A DNA stretch of 64,000 nt, taken from contig NC_083288.1 of assembly GCF_963506605.1 (NCBI RefSeq), positions 29,326,001 to 29,390,000 on the forward strand, read 5' to 3'. This stretch comes from Zootoca vivipara. Lineage: Eukaryota. Under the pieces are notes generated by a model. That model searched no databases, was not told where the DNA came from, and saw only the letters and a program-made list of their open reading frames with translations. This document shows, piece after piece, positions 1-11,920 of this stretch (position 1 is the first letter of the stretch; the number at the start of each line of letters is the position of its first letter). The translations under genes were made by a program, and so were the position numbers.

Positions 1-149
1 TGGATCAATGGTCTCATTAGATAGTGAAATTCCTGTTAAATTGCTGTTTTAGTGGTTGTTTTTCATCGTCTGAAACGGATTAATCCATTTTCCATAACTT
101 TCTATGGGAAAGCAAGACTTGGTTTAAGTATGCTTGAGTTTAAGAACGG

Positions 150-405
150 AAATAAACAGTAAATTGCAAGAACTTGGGCCAGGAGGAAGATGAATTTCAA
201 GAAAATCTTCAAAAGGTTTTATTTATGTAATGATGAATTCAAATAGGAATCAATTCCAGTATGATAGGCAAATAAAAATGAATTCCAGTGAAAAAATCCC
301 AGGACAAGGCCCTGTTTCGACAATTCTTCATCAGCAATGTTTTAATGTTTTAATCAGCAAACATACTTGGTACACTCTGACCATTAAAAAATTGCTGATG
401 AAGAA
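150..405 (-). mobile_element. Probable Penelope-like terminal repeat remnant with a degenerate hammerhead core
   Basis: Minus strand 334-303: CTGATGA-AGAATTGTC-GAAAC-AGGGCCTT-GTC; downstream AATAAA; 15-bp inverted repeat 324-338 / 391-405. Confidence 0.5.
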
Positions 406-775
406 AGTGCTTTTGGCCTCATGTATGAAAACACAGCTGTGATGATGAATAAAGAAAATACAGTCAGGTGAGGAATGCAGGTAGAGAAAGTTTTATATCT
501 GCCTTGGACTGATAGGATCCTCAGCACAGCAGAAAATATGTAGCCATAAGACGCAAAGATAAATGCAAAACAAAAAGAGTCAATAAAAAACCCAATGACA
601 AAAATCAGAACTTGATTCATGTTTGTATCACTGCAAGAAATCTTTTGCAATTGAGAAATGTCACAAAAATATTGTCCAATGATATTGGTCCCACAGAAAT
701 TTAGCACGAATGTAAAACTGGTTTCCAATACTGCATGAATCAGGTTGCTTATCCAGGAAGCAGCTACCATTTGCA
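400..775 (-). pseudogene. OR fragment (TM4-TM6), truncated inverted copy of the 60547-61497 gene
   Basis: QMVAASWISNLIHAVLETSF...FSYMRPKALSS is nearly identical to ~60979-61355; both ends are fused to non-OR DNA. Confidence 0.92.
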
Positions 776-2862
776 GGAAGTCTGGAAGGGTAAACAACCA
801 AACGAAGGAGCTCCATCGATGACAACCAACTGAAGCTCACCCCAGGGTTCCTGCTGGGTCATGGCAGCAAGCAGACTTTGGATGAGATCCAGACCTGCAG
901 ATTCCTCTAACGGAATACCCTTGTACCTGGAGGGGAAACTGATGGCTGTACCTCTCTTCCACGACATCACAATAAGCCCATGCCCAAAGGCCACACGAGC
1001 CCCATGCTCGCTGCCAATACCTTCACACTTTCAATCTTCCAATCTTTCAAACCTCTAACGATCTTGTCCATCCACACATCATTTCCACCATCGGAAAGAA
1101 GCAAACCATCAGCCCGAAACAGGGCTCCCTCACTGAAGGGAATACCAGGGTGGTGTATCACTCTGCCACCCAGCGCCAACACCTTGTTTGACACTTCAGG
1201 GTCAACATGCTTTCTGGTTCTGTTGGCGGCAGCTGGGCATGAACTATTGCGCCAAACCTGATGCACCAGGAACTGCGACCAAAATATTGTGGTATCTAGG
1301 AGCGCTGCCGCCAGCTCATCCTAGTCCTTCTTAATGCAAGTCCTCAAGTTCATGCCCTTCAGCAGTGGCAAGTCATTTTCGCCCACCTGCACAACCAACG
1401 CAGAAGGCGGGCCCCAAGTGGCCACCCGAGCCTTCGCCAGCAGTAAAAATTCTTTCCAGCGCATCCCACGTTTGGACACCGATGAAATGTTGACTTGAGC
1501 AGGTATGCCGAGCTGGCGCCCCAAGCCAGATTCCACTGCTCACACACTGGGCCAATGCATGATGCTGTGACCCACGAACCACATGTGCAACTCCGGCATC
1601 ACTGAAACAAAGGAAAAGACAAAACATGTTAGGAGGTGGATTACATGCTACCGGTACTTGCTTTTCCGGATGTTTTCTTTATAGGCATTAGACCTCACCG
1701 GTCCAAGCTTTTTTTCCTGCCCACTGAAAGGCCCCAATGAACTGCTGTCGTAGCGATGCCAATCCTGAAAGAATGGGCAGTAAATTCCAGTGCTGGCAAG
1801 CCACAGGCCGTGATAGCCTTCCACACAACCCTGGTGAATAGATGCCTTGCTAAAGGGATTCCATCCTCATGAATCAAGAACGGGTGAACTCCAGGAGGCC
1901 TGATCTGTAAATACCTCCGGCTGTCTTTTACAGGGCAGGGACCTCCATATGCCGTTGCAGGCAAATTAAGCAGGGCCCCCTTATCCCCTTTGGTCTGAGT
2001 TTTACCAACTAATCCGGACCACCAATTCTGCCTCTCCCAAATATATGTCCTCTAAGTGCAGACCCCTAGGAACTCCCCCACGGACCTCCTCAAAAACAAC
2101 CTCACCCACTCTGAGCGCTCCAAAAATTGCCAAAGTATAAGCGGCAGAGAACAACCGTGCCTCATACTGGGACCAGCGAACAGATCTTAGTTTTTTGTAA
2201 ATTTTACATAATAGGTCAAAGGTGGCAGGCCTGTGACCAACACCAGAAGATGGTTGAAGTCTATGCCAGCCCTCCAGAGCCTTCCGGAGCACAAAAGCTG
2301 CACACAGATCATGAGCAAACAGGGATTTGCTGAAAAAAAGAAATGGCAGCAGAGTGAATTTTAAGAGTCTTAGCCACACGCTGAAGCTGATATAAGTGTG
2401 CCATGTATTGCAAAACCTGATCTGTAGAAGGGGGGTGATCTGCAGCGATAGATAATTTTTGCACGTGGAATGCTATATAATCAGCCCAGGCTTTCTTGTA
2501 AGCTCTAAATGTGGAGGGGGCCAAGGAAGCGACTACTCCCTGCATAACTATGTGCTTCCAAGGCTCCATAGGTACACTGGAAAAGGCTATGGCAACTGCT
2601 GTGCATCCGGTGCCAAAGATCTAAAGCGGTCCATCTGAAAGCAAGACAGAGAATCCAGGTGAATCCCCAGGAACGCACCACCACCTTTTATATGCCCCCG
2701 CAATCACACCACCAATCTCTGATTGGCAAATAGGCCATGGTGTGATCATGGGAGCATCACGTGGGCTGGGCTCAGTCTCCCACCCCCTCAAGGATAGTGG
2801 GGTGTGTGTGTCTTGGGCCCACATGCAAGGCGGACCCTCAGTTAGGAGGATCCCATTCATCT
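771..2862 (-). mobile_element. Internally deleted Ngaro/DIRS-like tyrosine-recombinase retrotransposon (family A)
   Basis: RNase H tail, YR N-terminus (SLAPSTFRAY), GALRVGE, HSFRIG; downstream SGNH-like ORF pieces WFVGHS / GMRW / VGENDL / FRADG.LLS..GN; TATA-like GCATATAAAAG near the 5' end. Confidence 0.88.
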
Positions 2863-4439
2863 AGCAATAAGCGTAAATGAATTCAGTTGAGCTTATTTTG
2901 CGCAAACATTATTTGGATTGCAGGAAAAAAGTGAACAGATCAGATTAATTTTATTTGTATCAACTCATCAGATTACCACACATCATTTTATCCAAAAAAT
3001 ATTCCAAAACATTTATTGGCATTGACAAATGTATTTTCAAAACAAAAACAAAAAACAAAAACAAAAACACACAACCCCTTCTTCTTGACTTCCCACCCCT
3101 CCTTTTCATCATTTTTTTAATTAACTTTTTTTTACAATACTGTACATATGTCTTTATTCTCTGAACTTCACTATCATTAGATCTTTCAGTAATACAATCC
3201 TGACTGCAACTTCATGTATGGGTGATACTTTGAAAGATAATCTATGATTGGCCTCAATTCCTCCTTATGCACTTCCTCATTATGTCCTCTTAGTCTGGTG
3301 GTTAATTTTTGCCATTTCATCATAGTCTATTAGTTTCATAAGCCAATTCTCCTTCCTTGGTAATCCTTCTTCTTTCCACTTCTGTGCATATAAAGTAGTA
3401 GCTGCTGTTGTTGCATATAAAAATTAAATTGGTCAGTTTTGGGGGGGACTTCCATTCCTGTTATCCTAGCAAAAATGCTTCGGTTGTTGTTGTTGTGGTT
3501 GTTTTAAAAGAAGGAATTAACAGTTTAAACATCCTTTTCAATTCATTATATATCATTTCCCAAAAACCCTTTGGCTTTTTCCCAGGACCACCACCAACTG
3601 ATAAGATGACCCTTCCTCCTGTTGGTATTTCCGGCACATATTTGGAGCATTTTAATACATTTTTTCTAACTTATCACAGTTCTAAGCACCATCTATACAT
3701 TATTTTCATATTACATGAACTAAATTTCAGATATACTTTCCAAAGTCTCTCCCATGTGGCCATTGCTCACCAGGTTTTGATTTTATACCACAGCAAGAAA
3801 ACATGTCTATAAACTCCCCATTGAGGATGCGTTCACATATCTTTGTGTGCAAGCGGATCCCAGGGGGCTGACGCATATGTTTAAAATTAGACACTAATGT
3901 GCCTCCCTGGAGTCTAAGCCCTACTCACCGCAAGGGGCTATGACACCATTGTCACGCCTGTGCCTCTTTTTTCTACTCTTCCAGACCGATTTTGGGAGAC
4001 CAGGCAATTTAGCCATTGTGATCCAGTACCCTTGATCTGGTCCTCATACTCCATGTTCAAGTAGTCATACCTACGTGAGGAATCCGATGAGTCCTGTCTG
4101 GACTTACGTCCTCTTCTCTTGGTTCTGTGGGGTCTTTCTCTCTTGCTCTGAGGCCTATGCAGTTCAGGGCTCAAAGAATTGTCAGATAGGTTAGAGGTGG
4201 AAGGAGACTTACAACTGCGCCGAGCCATCCGTGAACGGCAGTAGGGAGACCATGATCTCACTGTGCGTTTACTGTCCCTAGAGACTGAGCAGGTAGAATA
4301 TTCACTTGAATCAGAGTTATGTTTGAAGCCATGTGAAGGCCTGCTGTGATGCCATGCACCACTCTGGGGAAGAAATGCAACAGGAGTATATAGCCACCTG
4401 GTGAAGCCCAGAAAAGGCCCATTGGCTTGGCTTGGAATT

Positions 4440-4783
4440 GATAAAGGTAAAGGGACCCCTGACCATTAGGTCCAGTCGTGACTGACTCTGGGATTGCGCG
4501 CTCATCTTGCATTATTGGCCGAGGGAGCCGGCGTATAGCTTCCAGGTCATGTGGCCAGCATGACAAAGCCGCTTCTGGCAAACCAGAGCAGCACATGGAA
4601 ACGCCGTTTACCTTCCCGCTGTAGCGGTTCCTATTTATCTACTTGCATTTTGACGTGTTTTCGAACTGCTAGGTTGGCAGGAACTGGGACCAAGCAACGG
4701 GAGCTCACCCCGTCACAGGGATTCGAACCGCCGACCTTCTGATCAGCAAGCCCTAGGCTCAGTGGTTTAACCACAGCGCCACC
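4440..4783 (-). mobile_element. Sauria-type SINE, left-arm-specific
   Basis: tRNA-derived head (GGTGGCGCTGTGGTTAAAC...GGTTCGAATCC) and ACCTTT tail; TSD TGGAATT; empty site at 52728-52734. Confidence 0.92.
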
Positions 4784-6967
4784 TGGAATTAATAGTACAC
4801 TAATTAAACATTCACCATCTAACTAATTAATGTCACTCTTTAAATAATTCATTAATGAGCCACATACCCATAGCCACATTGGTTCAACTCAGTACTAAAC
4901 CAATAGGCACAAATGACTTTTTAAATACAGTACCATAATCAACTCATCCGATGTCAGCCCACCTTCCTCCTCGAGTGGGCCCTTTCCCTCCCCACCCTTG
5001 CAGCGCTTTTTTGCTCGATTCTAAGGTACCCACATTCCGCGTGGAGGGTGCCTCTGACCATACGCATAGTGCTTTCTCCGCAGAGTGCCTTGTCTTTGAC
5101 ACACAAGGCATGTGTATTAAAACCAAAACCACACCCTACATTCAAAAGACCTACTCCAAAATAAGAAAATCCAGATAACCAAAAAAACTCACCACAAAAC
5201 ACACAGCAACGCCCAAATCATAAAATACCCCCCAAAATAAATGACAACCCAAAAAATAAAATTAAACAATAATAACTTCTGCTTATATAAAAAATGTTCA
5301 TGATGCGTGTGCAGGGTCCAATGTATGGAGATACAGGAAGGAGGGGACAACACTCCCCAGGGACAACAGAGGGCTCAGACAAAAGTGCATGCTGGGAAAT
5401 AGAACCCAGAAGCCGACAGTTCCTTCTCCAAGGGTGGGGGCCAAGGTATGGAGATACAGGGGGAGGGGCCAACACTCCCCGGGGACAACAGATTGGATGC
5501 TAGGCTTGGGTAGGCCGAGACCCCTGGCATCCTACCTGGAAAGGCCGTGCAAGCCCCGAACTACCAGGGAGTCGCCCTCTGGGATCAGGGGGCTGTGTGT
5601 GACCATGCAAAGCCCCCCCCCCATTGATGTGTGGAGCAGTCATTCCTAGAATAGCCCGGCTAGCTTCCTGGTACGGGAATTGGCCATTAAGGTAACAAAA
5701 AAGGAGAGGCTCTCTGCCAGGTAGCAAATGGGTGGGGCCCCTCCTTCAACTTCCTGATAGTTAGAAATACAATGTCAAGAGTTGAGGGTGGGATAATGGG
5801 AGCTAGAAACTGGAAGAAGCAGGCTGGGAAGCTGGAAATACAGAAAGATGCTTGATTTCTGTTTATATTCAAAGCTGCAGCTATGAGAGAAGCAAGACCC
5901 TCTTGGGGTGTTAATGCTGTTAACCCTGTAATGTAGACTCAGGTTGTATATATGTTTAAATAAACCATTTAACCTATAGACCACACAGTCTCTACTACAC
6001 CTCATTCCAAGGGGAACACAAACCCTGGAACCTTTGAGATCTTGCACGGCTCAGAGATTTGGTGTGGCATGAAGCAATACATTAAACAGCCATATGTTAT
6101 TTCAAAGGTACAGATATGCGTTTTGGATAGCATTATAAGAACCTGAATGAAAAAAACCAACAAAGGAAACACAGTGAGAGCACAGTAAATGGGAGTCTCA
6201 ACACATTTAAAGGATTAAAGGCATAGCGGCCAATCATCTGATTTTCACCTCGATTTTCAGGTTTTGCACTATTTTGCTTCTGAAAAGGAATTCAAGATGC
6301 AAACTATAATTGAATATCTACTTTCCCACTCTTCAAAAACAGCTTAGCTGATTTTCTAAATTGTATTAGTTCTTGTTTTTGTATTTGTGGAGAGGCATCG
6401 TATTTTCTGCTGCCTGTAACTTAAGTGTTTTCCACCCAATTGGCAAATTCAGGAGTATTCTCTCTCAGGGCAGCATAGTTGCCAAATTCTAGATAGATTG
6501 CGTAAAAATGGAGGTGAAAAATGAAAGCAAATATGAAACTTGTGAAAAATCTCTACATTTGGTTGAGTATTATTACTTTACCTTTAAATGAGTGAGGGTG
6601 CAGTCCTTTCATTTTTCTTTATTTGAAATAAATGCACATAATCAGTGATAGGTCAAGTCCATCCTCTTTTTGTGCTGATCTTTTTTCCCTATTTTAAATG
6701 AACAAAATCTCTGCATTTAAACTGCATCCATTTTGTACACTTTCTGTACACACTGCTCTGGTAAAATACACATTTTTCAGTTCTTTGTCATGACACCCCC
6801 CTCCCCATATTAATTTTCTACATAAAAATGTTTTGTGAGCACTTCTTGCATTTGGGAACTTCATTTCCGAAGCCACGGGAGGTACATAATATGAGCAAGA
6901 GCTTCATTCTAATCTATCTATCTATATATTTTAAGATGAATTTTTAGTCCACACTATAGCATGTTCC

Positions 6968-7310
6968 GGGACGCAGGTGGCGCTGTGAGTTAAACCACTG
7001 TGCCTAGGGTTTGCCCATCAGAAGGTCGGTGGTTCGAATCCCTGCAACGGGGTGAGCTCCTGTTGCTTCGTCCCAGCTTCTGCCAACCTAGCAGTTTGAA
7101 AGCACGTCAAAGTGCAAGTAGATAAATACCTCCGGCGGGAAGGTAAACGGCGTTTCCGTGCGCTGCTCTGGTTTGCCAGAATCGGCTTAGTCATGCTCGC
7201 CACATGACCTGGCAGCTGTACGCCGGCTCCCTCGGCCAATAACGCAAGATGAGTGCCGCAACCCCAGAGTCGGTCATGACTGGACCTAATGGTCAGGGGT
7301 CCCTTTACCT
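6968..7310 (+). mobile_element. Sauria-type SINE
   Basis: Full-length head to CCTTTACCT tail; duplicated at 40266-40608 and 50236-50577. Confidence 0.92.
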
Positions 7311-7470
7311 ATGCACATTTTAACAAAGTGTAAGCTGTAAAACAGGACAAAGGCCAGCATTAAGGGACATCACACAAAAGTGGGCACTAGAAACCTGTGT
7401 AATAACCTGGAATAAGTGTGAAACACAGCTTACGCAAACATAATTGAAGACCTTTTACATTTTTCAGTAT

Positions 7471-7856
7471 TTACAGCACTGCCTCTTGGATGTTCTTGTT
7501 TCTGAAGCTATAGATAATTATGGGATTCAGTAATGGTGGCAAAACAGTATACAGTACAGAAGGGAGCAAATCTTTAGAGGAAAACACTTTAGTTTTTGTG
7601 TATGAAAACACAGCTCTGCTAATAAATAAAGAAAATAGTCAGGTGGGGGTACAGCATAGCTGCCAAGTTTTCCCTTTTCTCGCGAGGAAGCCTATTCAGC
7701 ATAAGGGAAAATCCCTTAAAATAAGGGATAACTTGGCAGCTATGGGGTACAGGTAGAGAATGCTTTATATCTACCTTGAACAGATGGGATTCCCAGCACA
7801 GCAGAGAACATGTAGCCATAGGAAACAAAGATGGACCCTCCAGAAAATGAATCTAT
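7471..7856 (-). pseudogene. Degenerate OR 3'-half fragment (TM5-TM7), interrupted by a MITE
   Basis: Similar to the 3' half of the adjacent 8081-9016 gene (DSF..G.IFVSYG...PPLLNPIIYSFRNK) with indels. Confidence 0.85.
7655..7744. mobile_element. hAT-type MITE (CATAGCTGCCAAG TIRs), left-arm-specific
   Basis: Terminal inverted repeats; 8-bp TSD GGGTACAG; absent near 39921 and 49892. Confidence 0.88.
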
Positions 7857-8080
7857 TCAGGAATACTGCACCAAGAATCTTAGGTAAAAAAAACCCATCA
7901 AAATTTGCAAAATTTGAAATGTTCCTAATATAAACATTTTAAATGCAAATCTGCCCAATACACTTCTATTTGCAACACACAATTACATAAGAAAATTCAT
8001 TTTTATCGTATTTTCACTGACATTTGCATTCTTATGCAATGCACAGGACTTGTGATGTGTATGAGACACCCTGCAAGAAA

Positions 8081-9016
8081 TCATGCTAGGAGATTTCTAA
8101 TTATTTCCGGTACATTCAACACAGCCTCTTGGATGTCTTTGTTCCTAAAGCTATAAATAACGGGATTCAGTAATGGTGGCAAAACATTATACAATACAGC
8201 AGAGAGCAAATCCATTGTTGTAGAGGAAAGCTCTTTAGGTCTCATGTATGAAAACACAGCTGTGATGATGAATAAAGAAAAGACAGTCAGGTGGGGGATG
8301 CAGGTAGAGAAAGCTTTATATCTGCCTTGAACAGATGGGATTCTCAGCACAGCAGAGAAGATGTAGCCATAGGAAACAAAGATGAACCCTCCACAAAATG
8401 AATCTACTATAATCCCAATGGCAAAAATCAAAATTTGGTTAAGCTTTGTGTCAGTACAAGAAATCTTTAGCAACTGAGGGACATCACAGAAATACTGCCC
8501 AATAATATTGGACCCACAGAAATCTAGCCTGAAAGTGATAATGGTATGTAACGATGAATGGATTGGGGTGCTTATCCAGGAAGCAGCTGCCATTTGGATG
8601 CAGGCATCCCAGTTCATGATTAGATCATACTGCAGAGGATGGCAGATTGCAACATAGCGATCATAAGCCATGATTGTGAGCAAGGCAAGCTCAGAACCTC
8701 CCAAAGTGAAAACTAAGAAAACCTGTGCGACACAGCCAGCAAAGGAAATCCTTTTGTCATCTGACAAAGAAGCAGCTATGGATTTGGGGATTGTGGTTGA
8801 GATGTAGCAAATGTCTGATAATGATAGGTTGACCAGAAAGAAGTACATAGGAGTGTGCAGTTTGTGGTTCAGGGCAACAGCAATGATGATGAGGAAATTT
8901 CCCACTAAGGCTATTAAATAAATGGAAAGAAATATCACAAGGTAAAACAGTTCTTCTTCTCGGTCACTGGAAAACCCCATCAGAAGAAATTCTGTCACTG
9001 TAGACTGGTTGGCCAT
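8081..9016 (-). CDS. Olfactory receptor, family 14-like, 311 aa
   Basis: Intact ORF with NQS glycosylation site, LHTPMYFFL, MAYDRYVAICHPLQY, FCD, KAFSTC.PHL, PPLLNPVIYSFRNK; splice acceptor near 9093. Confidence 0.96.
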   Translation of the reverse strand: MANQSTVTEFLLMGFSSDREEELFYLVIFLSIYLIALVGNFLIIIAVALNHKLHTPMYFFLVNLSLSDICYISTTIPKSIAASLSDDKRISFAGCVAQVFLVFTLGGSELALLTIMAYDRYVAICHPLQYDLIMNWDACIQMAAASWISTPIHSSLHTIITFRLDFCGSNIIGQYFCDVPQLLKISCTDTKLNQILIFAIGIIVDSFCGGFIFVSYGYIFSAVLRIPSVQGRYKAFSTCIPHLTVFSLFIITAVFSYMRPKELSSTTMDLLSAVLYNVLPPLLNPVIYSFRNKDIQEAVLNVPEIIRNLLA

Positions 9017-10519
9017 CTTAACTTTGTAATATTTCTTGAAGAGTCGCTCTGTTATTGTGTTTTAGCAGCACCAGCATAGGTGTTTGCAACACCTAAAATT
9101 AGAAAGGAATTAATGAAAGTCTCTTGGTTGAGGGAATATGCAAGCAATTGTATGTGCGGTTTGCCCCATTTCTCAATATGAGGTAATAAGTGATGACAAC
9201 AGTGATGAACTTGTATGTGTGTGTTTGTGTATGATACAATGAGTGATTGTATATGAGGTAATGAGTGATGCCAGCAGTAGACATTCAACTGACATAGTTC
9301 CTTCTCCCCAGTACAGTACTAATAGAATTTTAGAGTTGGCAGGGAGCATGAGGAGCATCTCAGCAAAGACCCATCTTGTTTCAAGTTGAATCAAGAATGA
9401 GAAAGCAGAATCAAATCCTAACTATAGCTCATAGTTAGATGTAAATAAGCAAATTCTCGTTGGTGTGGTTGCATAAAGGACCTCATCTATGATGTTTTGT
9501 TTTTGCGAACCATAATGCTTCTACTTTATTGTTAAAAAGCAAATCACACACCACCTAGCATCAATGAAAGACTGCTTTCTGTAGTGCTTCAGAGAGTTTC
9601 AGAGAGTCCCTCCTTGGAGAACATCACCATGAGGACTTGCAAATCCTGATTTACAAACAAGTGATGCAATTATCTATATTTCCTACCATTTTTTCCACTC
9701 TATCTTTAAACCCCTGACCCTTAACTTCAGTCTTATGTAAGGGATGCTTAAGAGTGAAGTGTTGATGAATGGGAAACTGATTTCAAAACCTATATGGTTG
9801 TTATATCTTTTTATTGTCCAAGATGTCAAGCTGCAACTCCAATTAAGTACTGAATCTGATTAACATAAATAAATTATTCTGACTATTCTGAGCCAGTACA
9901 GTGTAGCGCTTAGAGTGTTGGACTAGGACTAGGAAACCCAGGTTCAAACCTCTGCTCAGCCATTAAGATAACTGGGTGACTTTTCACCAATTTTCTCAGA
10001 CTAAGCTATCTTACAGAGCTATCTGTAGGTTAGACTTGGGAAGGATGCCCTTCAGCTCCGTGGAGGAAAGGTGGAATATAACGACAATAAGTAAATATTG
10101 GGAGCACAAGTTCTGAAAAAGGTCCATGGTTAAAAACTGGAGCAATATATTTGGTAAAAGAAACTTGGGAAGGATCCAAAGCAAAATGTTATGCTATGAA
10201 ATAGGATATGGGTGTGTTAGGTGTTCACACCTTGGCTGGAGATGAATTAGGAAAGGCTGAAGGACTCTAGCTGAAGTGTAGCTGGTTTGAGAAACAATAC
10301 TGCTATGGGTTTCATCTTTATTCCTAGATCCATTTCTAATCCCTGGATCTGGCAAGTCCTCACTACTTTGCCAATTGCTTCCATGATCTTTTGATGTGAA
10401 CTACCAATACAGCAATTTTATTCGACATTAAGTGAGCAGAAATTTCACATATGATAGTTTTCTGAGAAGCGTGTTCGATAATTTCAGCCCCTTCTCTCCC
10501 TCCCATCACAGGTTATTTA

Positions 10520-11040
10520 TGTTACCAATAAGCACCCACAAACGGCATAAGAGGTTTTCTGCTCTGGTCCAGTAAAACGCTTGCGCTGCGCAGACCAGAA
10601 ACAGTTCTCTTTGCAGGGCATTGAGCACAGCGGCTGGATTCTTGTTGTGGTAAAAACCTTGTAGCTTTGCAGCAGAAACGACCCACGGAATCCCAACTTT
10701 CGAAGACAGCTTTATTGCATAACATAAACACCTCCAGAGCTTTCAGAGATGACTGCTCCACACCCCACAGGCAAACAAAACAAACGCTCTCTATATACTG
10801 AGCATCTTAACAACTTAACAACTTAAATCACATGACCTTGCTAATTTGCCAGCGTCTCAGGTTTAAAGCCCTAACACCCCCTCTCGCTGGCAAAAAATAA
10901 ATAGTCCTACAAAGTTATTTCAGACCCATTTCTTCACAAAATTCTTCATGACGCTGAAACCCAAGCGGTTTTGTAAATCCATCAGCTAAATTTTCATGAC
11001 TGGGACAGTAACTTAATTTAACAATTCCAGCTATCACTAT
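10520..11040 (-). mobile_element. Ty1/copia retrotransposon 3' end: RNase H C-terminus, PPT and 3' LTR (10520-10876)
   Basis: Minus strand 11040-10915 translates as IVIAGIVKLSYCPSHENLADGFTKPLGFQRHEEFCEEMGLK*; purine tract GAGAGGGGG at 10877-10885; LTR termini TGTTA...TAACA. Confidence 0.85.
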
Positions 11041-11712
11041 TTTTAAAAAGCAAATCACACACCAACTAGCATCAATGAAAAATCATTTGGCTTTGGTGAG
11101 AGCTCAGAATTTTTGATGAGATTCCCAGAATTTTGAAACACTACTTTACTATCTCTTACCTATAAATACTACCTATTTTTTTCATAGAATAACCATGTCT
11201 TCATTAATCTCACTGCTGTATTAAACCTTTTTTCAGTCTTTTCAGAACTGAAATATGTGCCCTAGTCTGCACTGAGGATGAGCTAATAGGATTCTACTCA
11301 CCTCTGTCTTTGTCTGGAAGACGAAAGTGTCAAAATGTTGAAGTGCGGTCTTTAGTAGATGATTTATAGTTTGTGACAAAGAGGGATCAATTGAGCCTCC
11401 CTGCTTTCTGTAGTGTTTCAGAGAGTCCCTCCTTGGAGAACATCACCATGAGGATTTGCAAATCCTGATTTACAAAACAAGTGATGCAATTGTCTATATT
11501 TCCTACCATTATTTCCCCTCTATCTTTAAACCTCTGACCCTTAACTTCAGTCTTATGTAAGGGATGCTTAAGAGTGAAGTGTTGATGAATGGGAAACTGA
11601 TTTCAAAACCTACATGGTTGTTATATCTTTTTTTATTGTCCAAGATGTCAAGCTGCAACTCCAATTAAGTACTGAATCTGATTAACATAAATAAATTATT
11701 CTGACTATTCTG

Positions 11713-11920
11713 AGCCACTACAGTGTAGCGCTTAGAGTGTTGGACTAGGACTAGGGAACCCAGGTTCAAATTTCTGCTCAGCCATTAAGATAACTGGGTA
11801 GACTTTTCACCAATTTTCTCAGGCTAAGCTATCTTACAGAGCTATCTGGAGGTTAGACTTGGGAAGGATGCCCTTCAGCTCCGTGGAGGAAAGGTGGGAT
11901 ATAACAACAATAAGTAAATA
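11713..11920 (+). mobile_element. Old MIR-like tRNA-derived SINE (copies at ~9893-10095 and ~36640-36852)
   Basis: GTGTAG.G.TTAGAGTGTTGGACTAGGAC...CAGGTTCAAA head. Confidence 0.7.

Noticed and set aside
3938-4261. Ser/Arg-rich 107-aa ORF conserved at 52954-53322
   Set aside because: The conservation is explained by the young duplication; it has a non-ATG start and is probably a decayed TE fragment.
6968-7050. tRNA-like A/B boxes (also in the other SINE heads)
   Set aside because: These are heads of tRNA-derived SINEs, not tRNA genes.
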